Positions 59,270-64,000 of a stretch of 64,000 bases of DNA are shown here, in pieces. The notes below the pieces were generated by a model. That model searched no databases. It had not been told where the DNA came from and saw nothing but the letters and a program-made list of their open reading frames with translations. The position numbers and the translations under genes are program-made. The DNA comes from Chitinophagia bacterium. Lineage in GTDB: Bacteria > Bacteroidota > Bacteroidia > Chitinophagales > Chitinophagaceae. The stretch lies in assembly GCA_037129315.1 (NCBI GenBank), contig JBAXVC010000008.1, forward strand, positions 32,552 through 96,551. Direction: 5' to 3'. The first letter of the stretch is position 1. Every line of letters starts with the position of its first letter.

Positions 59270-60322
59270 TTATTTATTTTTTAATTGATACATCACCGAA
59301 AAATGATGGTACATATTTTTTTGAAAAAATGCGTTTCCATATTGGATTTCCATTCGAGATAATTGCAAGGCCAATCCTGAACTAAACCCATTGAATCCAT
59401 TTTGTTGATTTTGGATATTTAAATCAAAGCGACGCATAAAATTATATCCTAAGTTTAAGGAAACTTGATCGCCAATAAATACTTCGCCCGACACAATTAA
59501 GTGATTAAATAAATTCTGAAGGGAACCTGGTGAAGTATAACCTTGTTGTGTGTTAAAGCTCGTGTCATTATAAGCTAAACGCCACAAGGATAATTTTTCG
59601 GCTGTAATTGAAAACTGAAAAGGCGCATTTTCTAATTTTTTTGTCCAGCCTACAATTAGATTAAAAGGAAGCTCTTCCTTGGCTACATAGCTTGTTAATT
59701 GGGTTCCGACATTTTTAACCAATACGCTTACTTGAGATAACTCGTTACTTGATTGATATTTTAAACCAAGGTCCATGGCCAATCCATTTGACTTATATAA
59801 TCCATAATTAGATTGTATAAATTTTAAAGTAGTTCCAATATAAATATTTTTGATATAGTTGGCTGACGCAGACAATTGAACACTGTAGTCTTTGGGATGA
59901 AAATCACCTAACTGATTCCCAGCAATATCGGTCATAGCGACAGTACCATAATCCATGTAATGAACACCCCAACCAATTGTTATTTTTTGATTATTTAAAA
60001 ATTGTGCTCCGCTAAAATCGTATTGTTTAATATCGGCTAAATAAGGCTTCACACTTAAATGCAGCCAGCCATCCATTGTGGGCGCAAGTAAGGATGGGTT
60101 ATACATTGCTAAACCTAAATCTGGATAAATGCTACTAATATTAATACCCCCTAAAGCGGTCGCTTTTGCAGAATAAGGCAGGGTTAAAAAATTATAAACC
60201 GCATTACCTTCCTTGCCTCCTATGTTATCAATGGTAGTTTGTCCTTGTAATGAAATGTTACAAAAAAATAATGCTAAAATAAAAACCCCTAGCTTATGTA
60301 TTTTTTTGAATGAATAACGCAT
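59270..60322 (-). CDS. porQ: Type IX secretion system outer membrane protein PorQ
   Basis: YNFLTLPYSAKATALGG, NPSLL, YLADI, GLAMDLG, LNLGYNFMRR; beta-barrel-like alternation. Confidence 0.8.
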   Translation of the reverse strand: MRYSFKKIHKLGVFILALFFCNISLQGQTTIDNIGGKEGNAVYNFLTLPYSAKATALGGINISSIYPDLGLAMYNPSLLAPTMDGWLHLSVKPYLADIKQYDFSGAQFLNNQKITIGWGVHYMDYGTVAMTDIAGNQLGDFHPKDYSVQLSASANYIKNIYIGTTLKFIQSNYGLYKSNGLAMDLGLKYQSSNELSQVSVLVKNVGTQLTSYVAKEELPFNLIVGWTKKLENAPFQFSITAEKLSLWRLAYNDTSFNTQQGYTSPGSLQNLFNHLIVSGEVFIGDQVSLNLGYNFMRRFDLNIQNQQNGFNGFSSGLALQLSRMEIQYGNAFFQKNMYHHFSVMYQLKNK

Positions 60323-60326
60323 ACTA

Positions 60327-60334
60327 CAAAGCTA
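60327..60334 (-). promoter_or_regulatory. -7 promoter box of porQ
   Basis: TAGCTTTG, then TAGT, then the ATG. Confidence 0.6.
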
Positions 60335-60358
60335 GGGGTTGAAAGGCTTATCATCAAC

Positions 60359-62761
60359 TTAAACTAAAGCTAAATCAAGCACTTGTTGCATATTTTTTAC
60401 ATAATGAAATTGCACTCCTTTGATAAATGTCTTGTCAATTTCATTCACATCTTTCTCGTTTTGCCAACACATAATAATCTCTTTCATGCCCGATCTTTTG
60501 GCAGCTAAAATCTTTTCCTTAATGCCACCTACTGGTAGTACTTGTCCACGTAAAGTAATTTCGCCAGTCATTGCTAAATAAGGTTTTACTTTACGACCTG
60601 TAAATGCCGAAGTAAGGGCTGTCAACATGGTAATACCTGCACTAGGACCATCCTTAGGAACAGCACCTTCGGGCACATGCACATGTATTGATTTGGAAGT
60701 AAACAAGGCTGGATCCACTCCAATTTTTTTGGCATTGGCTTGTAAATAAGTGAGCGCTGTATCGGCACTTTCCTTCATGACATTACCTAAGTTGCCTGTT
60801 AATTTCATACCCCCTTTACCATCGGCCAACAATACTTCAATAAATAAAATATCGCCTCCTACATAAGTCCAAGCCAATCCAACCGCCACCCCCGGCATAT
60901 TCACGGTTTTATAAATTTCATTGCTGTATTTTGCTTGCCCTAAAATTTTAAGTAAGTCTGGTTTGGTCACAGTAGCTTTAACTTTATATTGATAAGCTAA
61001 TTGCTTAGCTTGATATCGCATAATAGAAGCTAATTGTCTGTCTAATTCACGCACCCCACTTTCTCTTGTATAATCCTCAATCACTTTTTCTAAAACTGTA
61101 TCGGGCAACTTGAAATTAATTTTCGAAAGACCATGCGCTGCTTTTTGCTTTGGGAATAAATGCCTTTTAGCAATTTCAACTTTTTCTTCAACAGCGTAAC
61201 CACTTAAATCGATGATTTCTAAGCGATCTCTTAAAGCGGGTTGAATACGACTAATATCATTTGCAGTTGCAATGAATAAGGTTTTACTTAAATCATATTC
61301 CGTTTCAAGATAGTTATCGTAAAAGCTATGATTTTGTTCGGGATCCAATACTTCTAATAATGCAGAGGAAGGATCACCTCGATGGTCGCTGCCAATTTTA
61401 TCTATCTCATCCAAAATCATAACTGGATTGGATGTTTTTACTTTACGCAAGCTTTGAACAATCCTGCCAGGCATAGCCCCAATATAAGTTTTACGATGTC
61501 CTCTAATTTCACTTTCATCATGCAACCCACCTAAACTTACTCTAATATATTTACGGCCTATGGCGTGTGCAATTGATTTTCCCAAGGAAGTTTTACCAAT
61601 ACCTGGAGGGCCTAAAAAACATAAAATTGGGCTTTTCATATCCCCTTTTATTTTAAGCACCGCTAGGTACTCTAAAATTCTATTTTTAATTTTACCCATG
61701 CCATAATGATCCGCATCTAAAACTTTTTTTGCGTTTTTTAAATCATAATTATCATCGGTATATTCATCCCAAGGAAGGTCTAATATTAAATCAAGATGAT
61801 TGTAAACCACCGAATAATCGGGGGTACTGGAATGCATCCTTTCTAATTTTTCCAAGCCATTTTGAAATAATTTTTTAGCACTGTCTGGCCATTTTTTATT
61901 TTCGGCCTTCTTTTTCATTTCCGCTAACTCGCGGTCATTGGCATCCCCACCTAATTCATCCTTGATGCTCTTTAATTGTTGTTGTAAAAAGTAATCTCTT
62001 TGTTGCTTATCAATTTCGGTGCGCGTTTTATTTGCCACTTTATTTTTTAACTCAACAAATTGTAGTTCCTGTTGTAAATGCTGAATCAATTTCTCTGCTC
62101 TCAAGGAAAGATTGTTTTGCTCCAATAGCCCTTGCTTATCTGCAATTTCTACATTTAAGTTGCTACTTACAAAGTTGATTAAGAATAAGGGGTTTTCGAT
62201 ATTCTTTAAAATCATTGCTGCTTCCGATGGAAAATTAGGCGACAACTGAATAATTTGAGTCGCCAGATCCTTAATATTGGATAAGTAGGCTTGAAAATTT
62301 TGATCCTCTTTTCCTACTTTTTCTTCTACTAATACTTTAATACTGGCTTTAAAAAACGGATCCTCCTCCTTCATCTCCAATAATTCAAAGCGCTTTTTAC
62401 CTTGAATGATTATAGTAGTGCCACCGTCCTGCATTTTAATCATTTTAATGATTTTTGCAACGGTTCCTATAGCACATAAATCGGCGGGTGTAGGATCTTC
62501 AATATTGCCATCTTTTTGCGACACCACTCCTATGAGTTTGTCTTTATTGTATGCGGCCTTTACAGCTTGAATACTTTTATCTCTTCCCACTGTAATTGGA
62601 ATTACGACTCCTGGAAATAAAACAGTATTGCGCAGGGGTAAGATGGGAATGATGTCTTCAATAATCATATCCTTGTCCCCTTCCATATCCTGTTCATTAA
62701 ATGAAAATAAGGGTATGAATTCATTGTCCTCCTCGGCTCTAAATAAGAAATTATTATCCAC
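60359..62761 (-). CDS. lon: Lon protease
   Basis: [13 protein letters not shown], Walker [24 protein letters not shown] (Ser), GGIKEK (Lys); GTG start. Confidence 0.98.
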   Translation of the reverse strand: MDNNFLFRAEEDNEFIPLFSFNEQDMEGDKDMIIEDIIPILPLRNTVLFPGVVIPITVGRDKSIQAVKAAYNKDKLIGVVSQKDGNIEDPTPADLCAIGTVAKIIKMIKMQDGGTTIIIQGKKRFELLEMKEEDPFFKASIKVLVEEKVGKEDQNFQAYLSNIKDLATQIIQLSPNFPSEAAMILKNIENPLFLINFVSSNLNVEIADKQGLLEQNNLSLRAEKLIQHLQQELQFVELKNKVANKTRTEIDKQQRDYFLQQQLKSIKDELGGDANDRELAEMKKKAENKKWPDSAKKLFQNGLEKLERMHSSTPDYSVVYNHLDLILDLPWDEYTDDNYDLKNAKKVLDADHYGMGKIKNRILEYLAVLKIKGDMKSPILCFLGPPGIGKTSLGKSIAHAIGRKYIRVSLGGLHDESEIRGHRKTYIGAMPGRIVQSLRKVKTSNPVMILDEIDKIGSDHRGDPSSALLEVLDPEQNHSFYDNYLETEYDLSKTLFIATANDISRIQPALRDRLEIIDLSGYAVEEKVEIAKRHLFPKQKAAHGLSKINFKLPDTVLEKVIEDYTRESGVRELDRQLASIMRYQAKQLAYQYKVKATVTKPDLLKILGQAKYSNEIYKTVNMPGVAVGLAWTYVGGDILFIEVLLADGKGGMKLTGNLGNVMKESADTALTYLQANAKKIGVDPALFTSKSIHVHVPEGAVPKDGPSAGITMLTALTSAFTGRKVKPYLAMTGEITLRGQVLPVGGIKEKILAAKRSGMKEIIMCWQNEKDVNEIDKTFIKGVQFHYVKNMQQVLDLALV

Positions 62762-62838
62762 TGTTGTTCAATTTTAAATAGTCAAAATGACATACCCTAT
62801 ATCTAAAATAGCTTTAGGTACATATCTAACCTAATAAG

Positions 62839-62854
62839 GCAATATTAGTGCCAA
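62839..62854 (-). promoter_or_regulatory. Sigma-54 (-24/-12) promoter upstream of lon
   Basis: The minus strand reads TTGGCAC-TAATA-TTGC, the exact TGGCAC-N5-TTGC spacing, 77 bp upstream of the GTG. Confidence 0.65.
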
Positions 62855-62897
62855 AGATGGGAATTTATGGTAGGATTTATACTGGATTGCCTAAAAT

Positions 62898-62928
62898 AAA
62901 AAATCCTTCCCAATATTATCGGGAAGGA
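62898..62928 (-). terminator. Intrinsic terminator of the small lipoprotein gene
   Basis: Minus strand TCCTTCCCGAT-aat-ATTGGGAAGGA followed by TTTTTT (one G-U pair). Confidence 0.82.
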
Positions 62929-62963
62929 CCTTCTTGCAAGAAGTTATTTATAATCTTTTGAGA

Positions 62964-63149
62964 TTACTTCTTTGCTGGAGCAGCAGTTGCAGCTTTAGTA
63001 GTGTCTACAGTTGCAGCTTTAGTAGTGTCTACAGTTACAGCTTTAGCTGTATCTACAGTTGCAGCAGCAGTATCAGTTTTTGCTTCAGTTGAAGCACCAC
63101 CACAAGCAGTTAATGCAGCGATAGCTAAGATTGCGAATACTTTTTTCAT
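62964..63149 (-). CDS. Small Ala/Thr-rich lipoprotein (61 aa)
   Basis: MKKVFAILAIAALTAC lipobox; promoter TTTG-N20-TATCTTCG (box at 63188-63195); its own terminator. Confidence 0.85.
   Translation of the reverse strand: MKKVFAILAIAALTACGGASTEAKTDTAAATVDTAKAVTVDTTKAATVDTTKAATAAPAKK
62984..63065. repeat. 24-bp in-frame tandem repeat (2 exact, 1 degenerate, 1 partial copy)
   Basis: CAGTTGCAGCTTTAGTAGTGTCTA at 62984-63007 and 63008-63031; variant at 63032-63055; partial from 63056. Confidence 0.9.
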
Positions 63150-63232
63150 TTTAAAAATGGTTTTAAGTTTGGTATTTAATACGGAAGCGAAGATATTATT
63201 ATGTGTCAAAATATCCAAATTTTAGTTAAAAT

Positions 63233-64000
63233 TTATTTTTTTCTGAAATAAATCCTAATGGGAACCCCCGTAAACTTGAAATTAGCCCTGATTTGGTTTT
63301 CAAGGTAATTACGATAAGGGGTTTTGATATCATCAGGAAAATTGGTAAAAAAGGCGAAACTAGGCACTCTAGTAGGCAATTGAGACACAAATTTGATTTT
63401 AATGATATGCCCTCTCACTACTGGTGCTTGGTAATTTTGAACCACTTTTAACATAATATCATTCAGCTTAGAAGTGGCCACTTTACGGTGCTTATTCTCA
63501 TATACATCCAAGGCTAATTCAATGGCCTTAAAAATCCTGGTTTTCTCAAGTGCAGATATAAACAATACAGGAACATCAGTAAAAGGTGCCAGTTTGTCCT
63601 TCAACACTTTCTCGTAATCCCTTGCTGTATTCGTCTCTTTTTCAATCAAATCCCACTTATTTACCAATACCACAATCCCCTTCCCTTTTTTAGCAGCCAA
63701 GCCAAATATGCTTAAATCCTGAGCCGTGACCCCTTTTACAGCATCAATGACCAATAAGCAAACATCAGCCTCATCCATTGCTTTGATAGCACGTATAATA
63801 GAATAAAATTCTAAATCATCTTTTTCCTTATTTTTTCGTCTAATACCAGCCGTATCAATTAAAACAAATTCCTTTTGGAACATATTATAATGGGTATGGA
63901 TGGTGTCACGAGTCGTACCTGCAATATCAGATACAATGGTTCTATCCTGACCAATCATGGCATTCAATAAGCTTGATTTACCCACATTAGGTTGACCCAT
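63233..64000 (-). CDS. der: Ribosome biogenesis GTPase Der (3' part only; the gene continues beyond the window)
   Basis: Second G domain GQPNVGKSSL, GTTRD, DTAG, NKWD, and KH-like tail GVPIRIYFRKK. Confidence 0.96.
   Translation of the reverse strand: MGQPNVGKSSLLNAMIGQDRTIVSDIAGTTRDTIHTHYNMFQKEFVLIDTAGIRRKNKEKDDLEFYSIIRAIKAMDEADVCLLVIDAVKGVTAQDLSIFGLAAKKGKGIVVLVNKWDLIEKETNTARDYEKVLKDKLAPFTDVPVLFISALEKTRIFKAIELALDVYENKHRKVATSKLNDIMLKVVQNYQAPVVRGHIIKIKFVSQLPTRVPSFAFFTNFPDDIKTPYRNYLENQIRANFKFTGVPIRIYFRKK

Noticed and set aside
62984-63065. 24-bp repeat as a CRISPR array
   Set aside because: The copies are contiguous with no spacers, in frame inside a CDS, and no cas genes are present.
144-63225. 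The many 60-160 aa ORFs antisense or out of frame within real genes (e.g. 144-512, 14013-14420, 15940-16305, 23658-23969, 51325-51801, 57345-57680, 63001-63225)
   Set aside because: They are fully or almost fully nested in well-supported genes, have no motifs, and show the Ser/Thr/Ala/Ile/Pro-rich composition expected from antisense reading of biased codons.
1-64000. tRNA, rRNA, tmRNA, IS elements, integrases, prophage or restriction/defence genes
   Set aside because: No T-loop/anticodon cloverleaf patterns, terminal inverted repeats or relevant protein motifs were seen, and the intergenic gaps are too short. A tRNAscan/Infernal run would be needed to exclude small ncRNAs formally.

Overview
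This is an AT-rich, very densely coded 64-kb stretch of core chromosome from a Bacteroidota bacterium. TAnnTTTG promoter boxes, T9SS genes (sprE/porW, porQ) and Bacteroidota-type purM/purC support the phylum; the protein styles suggest Chitinophagaceae (a Sediminibacterium-like lineage), which is my inference. I call 57 CDSs, with intergenic gaps of about 190 bp or less. I found no tRNA, rRNA, CRISPR array, transposase, integrase, prophage or defence island. Contents include: ftsE, purM, ribF, holA; a glycogen/maltodextrin/glucose cluster (glgA, glgC, MalT-like MFS, GH13, glgB; divergent GluP-like MFS and ROK kinase); lipA, an AGMO-like hydroxylase, fdx-iscX-kdsC-DGGGPS-like-maf, topA, a desaturase, csaA, ogt, cdd, lepB, pdhB, an orphan TonB-dependent receptor, purC, trhO, a penicillin acylase, rlmB, metK; a half-glycosyltransferase/DUF4270/flippase-like/rfaE2 block; an S8 protease, sucC, an orphan atpZ/atpI-like pair, sprE, PBP1a, porQ, lon, a small repeat lipoprotein and a partial der. 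No self-evidently new multi-gene system is visible. The strongest leads are the half-GT/DUF4270/flippase/RfaE2 block with an apparent panCD gap, a consensus sigma-54 promoter upstream of lon, candidate leaderless mRNAs, a mirrored divergent promoter, a shared CGAT core in terminators, and ether-lipid-related enzymes. All product calls come from motif recognition only; no database searches were run.
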